From Phoronis australis (Eukaryota > Animalia > Phoronida), in contig NMRA01000538.1 in NCBI GenBank assembly GCA_002633005.1, forward strand, positions 230,989 to 294,988: a stretch of 64,000 nt of DNA, in the 5' to 3' direction. The position numbers and the translations under genes were made by a program. Below, piece after piece: positions 1 to 12,424 of the stretch (positions within the stretch are counted from its first letter, which is position 1; every line of letters begins with the position of its first letter). The notes under the pieces were generated by a model. It was not told where the DNA came from. It searched no databases and was given only the letters and a program-made list of their open reading frames with translations.

Positions 1-362
1 CTTACTTTTATACTCTACATGTTCGTCCCATCATAAATTATTATCAATCATAACACCCAGATATTTATGTTTCTCAGTTCTTGCCAGCTGGGTGCCGTTG
101 ATAGTAATTGCAATGTTGCTTGGAGACAACATAGCCAGCCTCTGTCTGCTACAAATAGTCGTAACATTGGTTTTATCAACATTCAGAGTCAGTTTCTTCT
201 CCACAAGCCAAGCATAAACATGATTCATTTCTTCTGCTAAGGTGACATTGAATTCATCTATTGACTTGGCAGCAAAAAAGAGGGCTGTGTCGCCTGCATA
301 CATTGCTTCACTGACGTGGGTAATTCTAAAATCATTTATATTTTCACAAAATAACAATGGGC
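1..362 (-). mobile_element. Non-LTR retrotransposon reverse transcriptase fragment (CR1/L2-like), decayed, in a TYW1 intron
   Basis: Minus-strand translation contains GPLLF-like start, MYAGDTALF (degenerate YADD), WLVEKKLTLNVDKT and KYLGVMIDNNL, all typical LINE RT motifs; catalytic YADD is mutated to YAGD. Confidence 0.85.
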
Positions 363-369
363 CTAGTAA

Positions 370-1010
370 AAACTAAAATTGCCACTATGGGGCACACCGG
401 TAGTCCGATCTGTCCAAAGTCTTAGTCGTCCGTTGTCAACTTCATATAAATACATTTGCTAAATTCAATAAAGATCTTGTAGAGTGTTTAGGAGATACAG
501 CCATGGGTGCAAAAAGAAACAAAACTGCCACTAGGAGGTGCCACAATAGTCGAAGTCGTCTGAAAATCATCGTCAACCGTCCTCTTCATACTAAGAATAT
601 ACATGCTAATTTTCACAATCATTCTTAGTGGTTTAGTTGATAGAGAGGCGGACTCGAAAAGAGTAAAAATGGCCACTAGATGGCGCAAAATGCCTAAAAT
701 CCATCCGAAAACGAAAAGATAGCGTCACCTCATTAATAGATGCATATGTGCCAAATTTCATGAAAATCGGTTGAATGAGGAACTTCGAAGATATAGAGGC
801 AGATGTAAAAAAATAAACTTGCCACAAGGAGCACAGCGGTATTCGGGTCGGTCCGAAACTCGTCGCCCTCTATTGTCAAGCCCATAGGAACACACCAGCC
901 AAATTTCAATAAGATCCTGTAAGGGGTTTAGGAGATACAGCCGCGGACGCCCAGACAGAGATGACAGCAATACGCACCCACATATAAATATGTGGGCGCA
1001 TAAAAATGTA
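370..1010. repeat. Non-autonomous interspersed repeat with internal subrepeats; related copy at ~56720-57600
   Basis: Recurrent CCAAATTTCAT/AAT, GGAGATACAG and CCACTAG-GGCGC motifs; the 3' part (ggagatacagccgcggacg...atatgtgggcgcataaaa) matches 57512-57600. Confidence 0.6.
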
Positions 1011-1475
1011 ACAGTACATAATGGCTTACACGGATACATGTCTAAATCCTAGATCGCACTTAATGGTTCTAGTACTAAGGCCAAAAGTCTGGATTGGATT
1101 TTTTTTCTGAGCTTTTATACGAAACTTCCAAGTTTTTACTCAAGTTTGTAGCTTGAATTCAGGGGTGGCAAAGTGTGTATTTGGACTAGAAAATCGTAGG
1201 CATAAACCATAAGCACAGACTAGTAAACATTTGTCTTGAGTTCGCACAAAAGGAAATTTTCCAAAGCAATTTCAAGTTCAATTTCTGGTAAAAAGATTAG
1301 ACCCCTCTCTCAGGCGTATTCTGGGCATTTTACACCTGTTATGAAAGAAGCTAGCTGCGCTACAAGAAGCGCTACGTGTCAAAGACAAAACATCACACCA
1401 ATATCTTGAAATGCCCGTGATCGCACCACATAAGGGGACCACTCAGCTTTCCTACAGATCCCACACTAAACAAAC

Positions 1476-1577
1476 CTCTGTGCCTAAGTCATCTTCAGGC
1501 TCGTAGGTCTTCAAATCTATAACCTCAGCTTCTAGTCCTTTATTGGTGAGTTCTGTTAGAAGACTTTCAGCTAAAAC
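1476..1577 (-). CDS. TYW1: TYW1-like gene, third visible coding exon (flavodoxin domain)
   Basis: tttcag acceptor, GT donor, 102 nt, phase 0-0: VLAESLLTELTNKGLEAEVIDLKTYEPEDDLGTE, resembling the TYW1 segment after GxQTGxAK (as recalled, ...IINLKEYDPDDHL). Later exons lie left of the window. Confidence 0.8.
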
Positions 1578-2605
1578 CTGAAACAACAAACCGAATCCTT
1601 GTCTGAGCGTCCTCAAACTTCCCGTGCAGATTTTTGCACTAGGAAGACTTCAGGATTAACATGACAAAGAAATATGTCCGTGAAGAGTTCAATGTATATC
1701 ACTTGCAAACACACAACAGTTGCTGAAGGGTGTTACGTCCAGATCAAATGGTTCACTCCAATTTATAGAGTGCAACAAACTGAAGTCTTCATAATCTGCC
1801 TAAATACTAATAAAATGACCCATAATTCTCCCGTCATAATGTCTGACTGCGAGGGGAATTCTGAATCATGGTAGTCGAGTGCGAGAGGAGTTCACTACGT
1901 CGGAGTTAGTTGGAATGATGGGTTATGACAGGGAAACCAATTTTATCGTGTTAGAGCTCAAAAGACAATAAAACTGCTGTCAATCACTCAAGAGGGCTTT
2001 GTGTTGTCACAAGCATTTTCCACTGTCCAGACACGTTGAAATCTGGATTGCTCAGCCAGACCACATTCAACCATCAGTTAACTTCAAGGGTGTGAACTTA
2101 ACTTTTTCAATACAGCACCCTTTACCAGAACAACCGGAAAAAGCCAGGCAACCTCGATCACTATCATCAATGAATGAAAGCAATAATCAACCAGCCACGG
2201 CAGTCTTATCAATTTCCAGACAATGTAACTGTCATCCCTGTGGCTTTTATTTACTAGGCCAGGAAACACAAATGCTGAACTAAAAATCCAGTCTTTGATG
2301 GCAAGGCCTCCATTTTGGGACCAAATATTGGATTCATTTCCCTATGAAAAATATATAAAAATCTTGCAAAAATTCACACCAGGCCCCAAAATTCCTTTCC
2401 AATGATTAAAATATCTAAAGGTTAAACTCACTGAACTGCAAATTGCGAGTTTTGGTTAATTGAGGCATTACCGATAAAGAATGGCGACTTAGGGGGATTT
2501 TCCCCTTAACGGGAAAATTGCCTTCTCAGAAGGTACAGCCAGCCACCTTTCCCCTCAGAGGGTACGTGGTGAACCCATAGCAATAGCATGCACCCGTTGT
2601 CTCAC

Positions 2606-2722
2606 CTTAGCTTTGCCAGTCTGTGTGCCGTAGAATATCTTCAGTCGGCTGGTTTCTCCCACATCTACACTTTTGTCTTCTCCGTCACCCGTCTGCTTGG
2701 CAGTATCAACATGTGGACTCAA
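2606..2722 (-). CDS. TYW1: TYW1-like gene, second coding exon (FMN-binding loop)
   Basis: ttgacag acceptor, GTGAGA donor, 117 nt, phase 0-0: LSPHVDTAKQTGDGEDKSVDVGETSRLKIFYGTQTGKAK. KIFYG[ST]QTGxAK is the flavodoxin P-loop as in TYW1; POR/NDOR1 fit less well. Confidence 0.85.
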
Positions 2723-3585
2723 CTGTCAACAAAGTACACAGGGTGAACGTTACAAGGGAGCTAGAGTGAAAATTAAGAGCACACATAAGACATAAACATG
2801 ATAATCATAAATGGACAACAGTAGAAATACGGAAGTAAATAAATCGGAAACAATCAACACATGGGTTGAATTTAAACAGAGTTGAAAGCCTTTCAGTGAA
2901 ACCCACATTGTAAACAAGAGGCACAAAAAATGGGAAAGACACAATCAATTAGATTAAAGCACACAGCCTCTATTAAATCTTCTGACCACGTAGATGGCTT
3001 TGCATCCTATAGAACAGTGAATGAACGTTGCAAGGTAATTATGGTTAAAACTTCCAGGTTGTCAGTGAGGGCAAAGATACGGGGGTGGGCATTTGCCTCC
3101 ACTTCTTTCCTTAGGCACACAGAAGACTTTTTGAGATGCCACGTTTGCTTTAACATGAATAAAGCCTGGTTTCAAATCACAGCCACTTCTCCAGACTTGG
3201 AAATATGGTGCACAGGCATTGTTTAATACTAGGGTTTCTAACAAAAAAGTGCTTAACGCAACGTGTCAAAAGACTGAGAGTATGTCCGTCAAACCTAGGT
3301 GGTTTTCACCAAGACCTCAAGAATTTAGACACAACTCACAAAAACCGACTGGGAGATAAATGAACATAGAAACACCTGTTACAATCTGAGTAAGAGCTCC
3401 TAGAAAAAATGGCATCTCTTACGTAAAAGTCGCCAGTTTACGGCAGTCCTCAGCCTGTTTCGTACAAGTTTTATGACCTGGTTTTGAGAACGTTTTTGGC
3501 GTGAAAGTGCCATTCAATCAAAATATCAAATTACATATATTGTTGTTCTAAAACTAGTAGTGGACTCCTCACAGCATGCACACAC

Positions 3586-3729
3586 CTTGACCGAGACACC
3601 AGACCTTCTGTTCTGCAGCATTAATAGCCAGACAGCCACTAAAATAGCCAGTCCATACAAGAGACTACTCCAGCAACAAGAGGACACATTCAGAGACAAG
3701 AGGTCCTCGAGGAAGTGGCTCCAACACAT
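3586..3729 (-). CDS. TYW1: TYW1-like gene, first coding exon with hydrophobic N-terminal anchor
   Basis: ATG 3729 lies 9 nt after a tttcag acceptor (exon starts 3738), so a further upstream exon is implied. MCWSHFLEDLLSLNVSSCCWSSLLYGLAILVAVWLLMLQNRRSGVSVK then GT, phase 0 into the 2722 exon. Confidence 0.7.
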
Positions 3730-4098
3730 CCTGGCAGTCTGAAACAGAGATGGGTGAAACTCATTGACCTAAAGAGAGTAGTTTTGTACCTAGTGGCTAC
3801 GACGTTATCGAACATTTGTCAGCCAATCACATTCCCATCGTATGATGACCGGCGGCGTAAGCATCACACTGGGCTGCATCGAAAACGAAACCTATTGGAT
3901 GTCCACAGTACTAAAAATTTGGCAAGCTCAAAGTTTTTACCCAACTCGCTAATTGAAAGTTACGCGTTTTCTTATTAAAGTGGGACGCTATAATAGCAAT
4001 GTAGACAACTGTTTCATGGTGGTCTAGTTCACTTTCTACATCATCCACTGGACGTCATCTTAACGAGCTTGGAATTTTACTTTCAGTCTTAATATTGT

Positions 4099-4254
4099 CA
4101 ACAACAGTTGTAGTATAAATAAACCACCAACAGTTGTAGTATAAATAAACCAACAACAGTTGTAGTATAAATAAACCAACAACAGTTGTAGTATAAATAA
4201 ACCAACAACAGTTGTAGTATAAATAAACCAACAACAGTTGTAGTATAAATAATC
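4099..4254. repeat. Minisatellite, 26-bp unit CAACAACAGTTGTAGTATAAATAAAC x6
   Basis: Six nearly identical tandem copies read directly. Confidence 0.95.
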
Positions 4255-4719
4255 CACACTAGTTCTCCTTTGTCCCGCAGTTAAGAAAACACGTGCCTCA
4301 TTTTGGCATGTCAGGGACATTTTCGCAGGTCATGTAGGAAACTGTCAGGGTGTATAGACATTGCAATATTGCCAACCTGAACCGTTCAAAAGCCCTGCTA
4401 TATACTAGAAAGGTACTTTTGTTCGGTTCAAAATTAACCCAAGGAACATGTTTTATCCACTAGCTCTGACTGATGTCGGGGAAAGCGAAGACCTTAACAT
4501 CACACATCCATAGATCGTTGTAAGTTTATCCAATTTTCTCTTATCGGGAGTTACAGCCCACAGCGAAGCAGTAAAATTTTGTTGGCATTGGAAGGACAAA
4601 TAATACAGTCAAAAAACTTGTAAAGTAAAGCAATATGAGAACAACAAAAACCTGTGGAACTCCAATGACACGAAAACCATGAGGCTACTTAAGTGTTTGA
4701 CGTACATTGCGGCATTGTG

Positions 4720-4990
4720 AGTAAACACGTAGCGAGTGTGTCTCTGAGTAATGCAGAATGGCCCTACGACTCTTTGGTTCATTCAATTAAGACTGCACAT
4801 GCCGTTGGTTCGAATCCTGCACTGACCGTGATTATGAACATGAATGTGTTCACGCATGCACAGGGAGGAAACCCTTCCACTCAGTGCCCCCTCCCCACCC
4901 CTCAGGACTCACCCATGCTGGGTGGGAGTTGACAACAATGTGAATGTCATGAAGCCGTCTCAAAAGTTGCTTAAAATAGATCAACATTCC
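4720..4990 (+). mobile_element. Possible tRNA-derived SINE remnant
   Basis: B-box GGTTCGAATCC at 4807-4817 with no cloverleaf; boundaries approximate. Confidence 0.35.
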
Positions 4991-5280
4991 CAATTGATTT
5001 GCTTTCAGGAAATTCAGGAGTGCAAAATGAGTCGACTCGTGAAATGCCATTGATTTCCACATGCATGGCAAGTCTTAATGAAATGAATCCTGGACAAGTC
5101 AGTAATCTCCGCAACAGAAAATTCAAACTCAACTGGAATTATAAATTTAAGGAATAAGTCCGACAGTCCATGTCCGTACTGTGAGGATTTTTTGTGTTAA
5201 GTGTTGGAATATATGCATTGAATTGGCATCAAAAATTCGAAATGCCATAATTTACAATAGTTGACTAATCTACCAAAAGT

Positions 5281-5779
5281 TCAAACTCGTTACACAGGTT
5301 TTCAAATAATAATCGACCAATCAGTACAAGTAATACATTTTTGGAATCACCATGACTAGAGGATTCAGAAAATAGTAGTATCAAGTATGTAAGTTAACAA
5401 AGGTGATTATGTTCACTTGGAAGCTTAAATGGTCAATGCGGCCTTTAATGCTGAGTGAATGGTAAACATCTTGATCTTGTAGACAAGGCGACTTACTTAG
5501 GTGTCATTTTACACCATCATCTTTCCTGGNTCAAACTCGTTACACAGGTTTTCAAATAATAATCGACCAATCAGTACAAGTAATACATTTTTGGAATCAC
5601 CATGACTAGAGGATTCAGAAAATAGTAGTATCAAGTATGTAAGTTAACAAAGGTGATTATGTTCACTTGGAAGCTTAAATGGTCAATGCGGCCTTTAACG
5701 CTGAGTGAATGGTAAACATCTTGATCTTGTAGACAAGGCGACTTACTTAGGTGTCATTTTACACCATCATCTTTCCTGG
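5281..5779. other. 249-bp duplication across single-N join (probable contig/haplotype overlap artefact)
   Basis: 5281-5529 is repeated at 5531-5779 with one visible substitution (ttaatg/ttaacg), separated by N at 5530. Confidence 0.9.
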
Positions 5780-7280
5780 GCCCCGCATATTACAGAAAAA
5801 ATCTCAAAAGCCAAATTTGCATTGGTGAGATGCAGTCGTGCGGTGGGTAAAACTTGGGGAATGTCCCCCAAGAATATGTTCTGGATTTATACTGCTGTTA
5901 TCCGACCTATAATGTCCTATGCTTCGTCGGTATGGGTAACGGCATTAAAACAGATTATCAACTTAGGCAGCTGCAACGCCTAGCTTGTCTGTGCATAACC
6001 TCTGCTTTTCCAGGAACGCCTTCTGCAGCCCCAGAAGTGCTAATCAGTCTACCACCACTGTACATATACCTTGAGGGTGAAGCTGCATGTGCTGCACTTC
6101 GCCTCAGATATAATGGTCAGTGAGTGAAAACTAACATCCCTGACTCTGTTGCACACAGAAGCCACAGGAATGTTTGCAATAAGCTAATGGCCAAGACTGG
6201 GCAACTATGGAACATGCCTAGTGATGTTCAGGTCACAGCTTTAAATCATATAAACAATTTCTTCACGGAAATTGGCGATGGATGGCCTACCGCAGAACAC
6301 AAGAATGAGGTGGTTTGTTATACGGACGGCTATAAACTGGAAAATGGCCAAACAGGTGCTGGGGTCTACTTTCCAAGCCTTCCTGTTGCAGATGCAGAAA
6401 ACTGGGTATCACTAGGCAATCTTGCCACGGTGTTTCAGGCGGAGATTACTACAATCAATAGAGCTGCTCAACAGGCACAACAATACAACACTGAACTTGG
6501 CAATCGGCCAATTACCATCTTTTCAGATAGCCAGGCAGCAATAAAAGCCCTAAAGAAACTAAGGGTCAACTCTCGTTGTGTTAATGCTTGTATTAATGAG
6601 CTTAACAAGCTTGCAATTGAAAGAACCGTCAATATACGCTGGGTCAGGACCCATGCTGGAATTGATGGCAATGAGAATGCAGACAGATAGGAGCAAGCGT
6701 TCTGCATTTTGTGCCTGAACCTGCTATCCCAGTATCTCACAGATGTTGCAGGATGAGTATACGCAACTGGGTACATACCCAGTCAGCTGCCCAGTGGGCA
6801 TAACTTAACTCCTGCAGAGAGACCAAGGAGAATTTTCCCAACGTGATCGAACCAAAAGGTTCAAAAAGCCTTCTGAGTCTAGATAGATTGGGTATAAGAC
6901 ACGTCATTCAAATTTTGACGGGCCACTGCAACCTAGCCCGACACTGACACATTACAGGGCATATGGGGAGCCCTGTGTGTCTTGAAGTGGTATTGACGTA
7001 GAATCTCCTAAACACCTGGTAGAGTCTTGCCCAGCTTTTTATAGGCTAAAGAGCAACCTACTGGATGGCACTGTTACATGCCTACAACACATAGTGCATG
7101 GCAACAAATGGAAACGTCTGTCCGTTTTCCTAAAGGAGACTGGCAGACTTGAAAACTTTCTTCACGAGGAGCCATAATTGGGCTCTCATGCTTTTGCTCA
7201 AGTGTTTTGTGCAATGGGCCCAAACCATGAGGCCTGCGCACGTCTGATGCACCGCAAATGACATCAGACCACCTGCACTG
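5704..7280 (+). mobile_element. 5'-truncated non-LTR retrotransposon with RT thumb, RNase H and C-terminal Cys/His region (LOA/R1/Tad-like), decayed
   Basis: YLGVIL..LSW, GKTWGMSPK..WIYTAVIRP, RNase H motifs YTDG, VFQAE, IFSDSQAAIKAL, WVRTHAGIDGNENAD, then LTGH and HL..SCPA; frameshift near 5950 and in-frame stops (6121, 6688). Confidence 0.9.
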
Positions 7281-7289
7281 TTTTTTATG

Positions 7290-7577
7290 TACGTTAATGG
7301 AGTCGGATTGTAAACAATAACCAGAGGCACTTTTTCGAAAGTTGATCACATGGTGGAAAATCATGAGCTAAAAAACGCTTACAAAAATGATTTATCAGCG
7401 ATAATTCATGACAAAAAGATTATAAAAACTTACTAATACAGACCAAGGTAACGCTTTATTACACAAAATTGTCTTATAGTTAACTTTGAAGTCTGAAATC
7501 GGATAATTTACCGATGTGGGTTTTACATGGAGACCGATTTGGAGCACCGTGACCTACTTTTTGATTGTCCTCCCTAC
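7290..7577. mobile_element. Right end of a non-autonomous DNA element ending TTGTCCTCCCTAC before TTAA
   Basis: 7427-7581 is nearly identical to 12256-12410; the inverted terminus GTAGGGAGGACAA occurs at 10805. Left boundary approximate. Confidence 0.55.
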
Positions 7578-7581
7578 TTAA

Positions 7582-9185
7582 CCCTATAGCGACGGTACAC
7601 GCATATTTGAGTGAAAGCTTCAATCACCCCAAGTGCCAGTAAACGCATATATGAGTGTCAAAGTTCCCAGACAGTTTCTGCCACCTTGTGACAGCTAAAA
7701 ATAAATATTTCTCACACATGTGTACACATAGATTGATGACGTATACAATCAGTGTTTTTCTTTGTTGGAAGTGGCGTGTTGTTGAATTTGTCGGAATTTT
7801 TTGAGAGAAGTGTTGATATTTTAGTTATAAGATGGCAGGAGTAAGAGAGAGGAAAGTCAAAGTGGATACTGTTTTAGATAATGACCTTTTGTCACTGATA
7901 CTCTCACTTAATCATAGTGATTCTGACTCTGATGAGGATATTCCTCTCGCTCAGTTTGCCAGGCGATCAGACAGTGACACTGAAATGAGTTTGGAGGTTG
8001 AGCCCGACAGTTTAGAGGATGCCCCTGAGATCGCTGTGCCTGCTGATTTCCTGGATGCTCTTGGGCCACAAGAACCTGAAAGTGGTGGTTGGAGTGCGTC
8101 TCTGAATTCACGAAACGATGCCAACGTGAGATTTAAAAGTACACCTGGTTTGAAGCAACATGTCATTGATCATCTAGGTGGACAGGAAGCACTCACCTCG
8201 GCAACACCCGGTGGGCTTTTCAGACTGTTTTTTCCTGACCCTCTAGTCAAGTTGATCGTTGATCAGACAAACTTATATGCCAATCAGGAAAGACAGAGTG
8301 CACCCGAGAAACACAAAATGAAATGGCATGATGTCACAGTAAAGGAATTATTCACTTGGTTTGGTTTACTGTTCTGCATGGGTCTAATCTGCAAGGGAAA
8401 TATTCGCGACTATTGGAGTACACACTGGATGGTAGAAACTCCGGGATTTCGCAAATTCATGTCAAGAGACCGCTTCCTGGCTATCTTACGCTACATCCAT
8501 TTTGTCGACAACACCACTGCAATCACAGACAAGCAAAACCCTCTGTATGATAAGCTCTATAAAGTTCGACCGGTGTGGGATGTTGTTATTGATCGTTGCA
8601 AATCTGTCTATACTCCTCAACGTGAGATTGCGCTGGATGAATCCATGATTGCTTGCAAATCACGTTTTGGATTCAAGCAATTCATGAAGGACAAGCCCAT
8701 TCGGTGGGGACTAAAAGTTTTCATGGTGTCAGAGTCGTGTTCTGGTTACATTTTAAATGCACAGGTCTACACAGGTAAAGAACGCGAGTCAACGGCCAAT
8801 GGTCCGACACATGATGTGGTGATGCGAGTTACGGAACCGTTTATGAATTTAGGCCACCATTTATACATGGACAACTACTATACTAGTATCCCAACATTTG
8901 AGGAGTTGTTGAATCGTGGCACACTGGCTTGCGGGACTGTTCGTGCCAATCGCAAAGGACTGCCAGGAACTGTTAATGCGAAATCAGCAGCTGTGAAGGA
9001 ACTACCCCGCGGCGGCTCGTTATATAGATATAAGAATGCTATTACAGCAGTTACGTGGAAGGACAACAAAACTGTGAACGTATTAAGTACCATACCTTAC
9101 CCCGAGACTAACGACACCGTTCAACGCTCGGCAAAAGTGAATGGGAAGTGGGAGAAAATTAACGTGTCGCGACCAGTCGCCATAG
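7582..9185 (+). mobile_element. piggyBac DNA transposon, left end plus transposase, truncated by gap
   Basis: TTAA (7578-7581) followed by CCCT terminus; subterminal direct repeats ACGCATATWTGAGTG at 7599 and 7643; transposase ORF downstream. Confidence 0.9.
7832..9185 (+). CDS. piggyBac transposase (PGBD4-like, DDE_Tnp_1_7), partial
   Basis: About 451 uninterrupted codons: acidic N-terminus, TNLYA, MSRDRF..I.R.IHF, KLYKVRP, ALDESM (D1), KPIRWGLK, YMDNYYT (D2), ACGTVRANRKGLP, WKDNK.V; ends at N 9186 before D3. Confidence 0.93.
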
Positions 9186-9835
9186 NATACTAGAATAACA
9201 TTTCAATAAATCATACAATGTAAGTTAGTCATGGTACAATGTGACCGGCCGACATTCTCAGGGTTTGGCATTGTGTTCTTCTAGTACCTTTTCGGCGTAA
9301 CCACTGAGAGTGCGACATTTTTCAATAAAAAAGCATGACGTTATCTTCTAATACCTGGCATTACAAGCATTGCCAAATCTTTGCCTTTGATAATTTGTTT
9401 TACTTTTTTTCTGGTATGTTGTCCTTTCGTATGTCGTACATGCGGCTTGACTCGACTCGTGGGCGAGAAAGTCACGGTGCTGGCGTGACTTGGAATCCCG
9501 CTTAATCTCAACATCGCGTGTGCGTGAAGTTGGATTCAAATATTCATTACGGCAATCAGGTAAAAATTTGCGTTCAGTGTAAATTTTTTTGCAGTTATTA
9601 GCCTCACGGAATCGGAGGAATATGTGAATGGTTAATTAATTATTCTTTGTCGGGCTAATAACATCGCCAATGATTGAAGAAAGTCAATAAAGATTGGTTA
9701 AAATTTAAGCATGTAATTTGCTTTAGTACTCTGTAAATTTATTATGAACGTCAACGTAATAATTTGAGTGAACTTGGCAAGTTTCCTTGTGTATTCAAAT
9801 TTCACGCACACGCGATCTTGAGTCGGATTAAGCAA

Positions 9836-10476
9836 GGGTCCATTCCAAGAAAATTGACTAAGCTGAGATAAATCTTAACTTAATTTTCAGTAGCAATTTT
9901 CAAAGCCACTTGACTTAAACCCTCTTTTGAACATTTCAACCAATTATCGTTCTGTCACTTGCTAACGCATCACTGGAGTCAATTTTGAAAGATATAAACA
10001 AAAATCAACTAAAAAACTCATACTCTCTACGGTCGCAGATTGGACGGTTCTTGGTGAGCGGGGCTTTTCCACACTTTTGCCCTGCAGTTCTCTGAAAAGC
10101 GTACTAGGCCTAGGTCACGCTTGCCCGTGCAGTAGACTCTAAAAAGGAGTTTTCAAATTCTCTCCAAGCTTTTGTGGGTTGCCGAGGATTGTAGAGCATT
10201 ATTTTGTTTCAGGGAATTGTATGGGAAAGTCGTTTTCAATGTATGGACCAAACTTGGGTAAGTTTACTAGGTATGCTGGCTTCACTAGTTTTAAAAAATT
10301 TGCCATTTCAGTCCGTTTCAAGAAAGTGATCTTAAGTTTTACGTAAGTTTTTGACTTCAATTTTGTTTTTAGCTTGAATAACTTACTGGACTTGAAACTT
10401 TCAGTGTTCAGGTTGAGACAAATTTTAGACTTAGTCAAAAATTGAACTGTAGTCATGCAGTTTTGGAACGGGACCC
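9836..10476. mobile_element. MITE with GGGTCCC-TTCCAA terminal inverted repeats (PIF/Harbinger-like, inferred)
   Basis: Left GGGTCCCATTCCAA, right TTGGAACGGGACCC; internal GTTGAGACAAAT-TTAGACTTA shared with 39760-40010. Confidence 0.6.
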
Positions 10477-11532
10477 AAGTTCATGTGCAGCAACGCCACC
10501 CGGTGGCTACTCTGTAACTGCACTTACATCCACCAGGGTCGCTTGTCTTGAAATCACCGGAAATCAGCAATCCATTTTACTCGCAGAGCCGTAAATTCTA
10601 GTGGACTCCCTCTGCCTCTGGTGAGTTTTGTTGACCGAGCGAATGCCCGTTACAGTTGCAATTTACTATGTTTGCGATCGTTCTCATATATGCGTCTAGT
10701 TGGTCCATATATAAGCGTTTTGTCCCGAATGTTACAATGTAATCTTGTTCCACGGCACAGACACCGAGACAGAGCCAGCCAGCTAGCTCAGTCAGTAGCT
10801 GTATGTAGGGAGGACAACGTTTTTTAATTTTTTTACAATACCCATGTGTCATACATTTTTGAAAAGCCCTTGGTGTGAGAAATGAAATGGTGCAAAAATC
10901 AGAAAAATTGGATGAGCGGTTGACGAGAAAATGGCTGTTGAAACGCGACGATTATGCGTAAAATATCTGCCTTTTTACATAATTTCGTAAAAAATAAAAG
11001 AATATACATGTGCTGCATATAAAAAGNTTCGTCTAATTGAGACAAACATGGTGGTGTGTATTATATAAAATTTGGATCGATTTCTACAGAGATATTGCTG
11101 TTTAGGTGTGTTGTTAGCATATAGAACAGGCTCATCATGTTTGATGAAAACAATGGATTACACAGCTTAAAAGGTAAAGAGCAAAGACACCACATCAGCT
11201 CAGAAATAAATAAATCTGAGCTAGGAGGAAATCACAAGATCACATTGGTGGATTTGGGGGGTGCAAGGGGGCCTGGCCCGTGGCCCCCCTAAAACTCCCA
11301 TATTTCATTTGGCAGTTTGAGGGTGCAAATATCTTACGGATAAAATCCTGCATAATACTCTGCCCTGCCCCCCTCCTATCTAAAAATCCTAGATCTGCCC
11401 CTGAATACTACTATATGGGCAACACATCATTGCCTGACAGTGACAGGGGGCTGGGGGAGGCTATAGCTCCCCACTTTTTTCTGTGCTGGGTGCCACCCAT
11501 GTACTATTAGATCGTATCATGGCAAAAAACAT

Positions 11533-11848
11533 CAGAAAGTAGACAAAAGACCATTTGGGAAAACAAATCACTCTTAACATAAAGGATTTCATCATTTACG
11601 CAACAAAAACTTTGTAACAACTTTATTTCAAACGGTGAAGTTGCGATGCCATTGAACTTCAACGTAGCCGATGGTGGCGCTGACATACAGAAAGTAGACA
11701 AAAGACCATTTGGGAAAACAAATCACTCTTAACATAAAGGATTTCATCATTTACGCAACAAAACAACAAAAACTTTGTAACAACTTTATTTCGAACGGTG
11801 AAGTTGCGATGCCATTGAACTTCAACGTAGCCGATGGTGGCGCTTACA
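11533..11848. repeat. Tandem duplication of a ~155-bp unit
   Basis: CAGAAAGTAGACAAAAGACC...GATGGTGGCGCT starts at 11533 and again at 11688; the second copy has a small AAACAAC insertion. Confidence 0.9.
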
Positions 11849-12424
11849 TGCGGCGACTTAGTGAACTAACGACTGCTTGTTTGAAAAGTGCCAATGCGCA
11901 GCAGTTTGACAGAATTTCTGAAAATGAAATAATTACCAATTAAAAGAGTGATAAATTCCTCATCTAAAAATCGGAGGGGCATATTGCGCAACTGGAAAAA
12001 CATCAATCTCCCGACCGACCAAAATTAGGCCTTCCGGACGCTCGAAAATTCGCCATGAAAACTTGGCCTTGACTTCGAGAAAACAACTTGAGGAGATGCG
12101 CACGCATCTAAACTACATCCTGTCCAAATTTCATGTTTGTATTTGAGAGTATAGACCCTATTCACGCCGACAGGAGGCGCGTTCCAAAACGAGGCTCGCT
12201 ACGATAGCTCTGGTGGCTTATCCGCGTAGTCGTACTCCGCGTTGCTCGAACAGCNAACTTACTAATACAGACCAAGGTAACGCTTTATTACACAAAATTG
12301 TCTTATAGTTAACTTTGAAGTCTGAAATCGGGTAATTTACCGATGTGGGTTTTACATGGAGACCGATTTGGAGCACCGTGACCTACTTTTTGATTGTCCT
12401 CCCTACTTAAGAGTCGAATACATT

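Noticed and set aside
4099-4254. 26-bp repeat array as CRISPR; ORF 4060..4320
   Set aside because: Units are directly adjacent without unique spacers, there are no cas genes and the context is eukaryotic; the ORF is a repeat by-product.
4790-4830. tRNA genes here or at ~16451-16510
   Set aside because: Only A/B-box-like motifs; no acceptor or anticodon stems could be formed.
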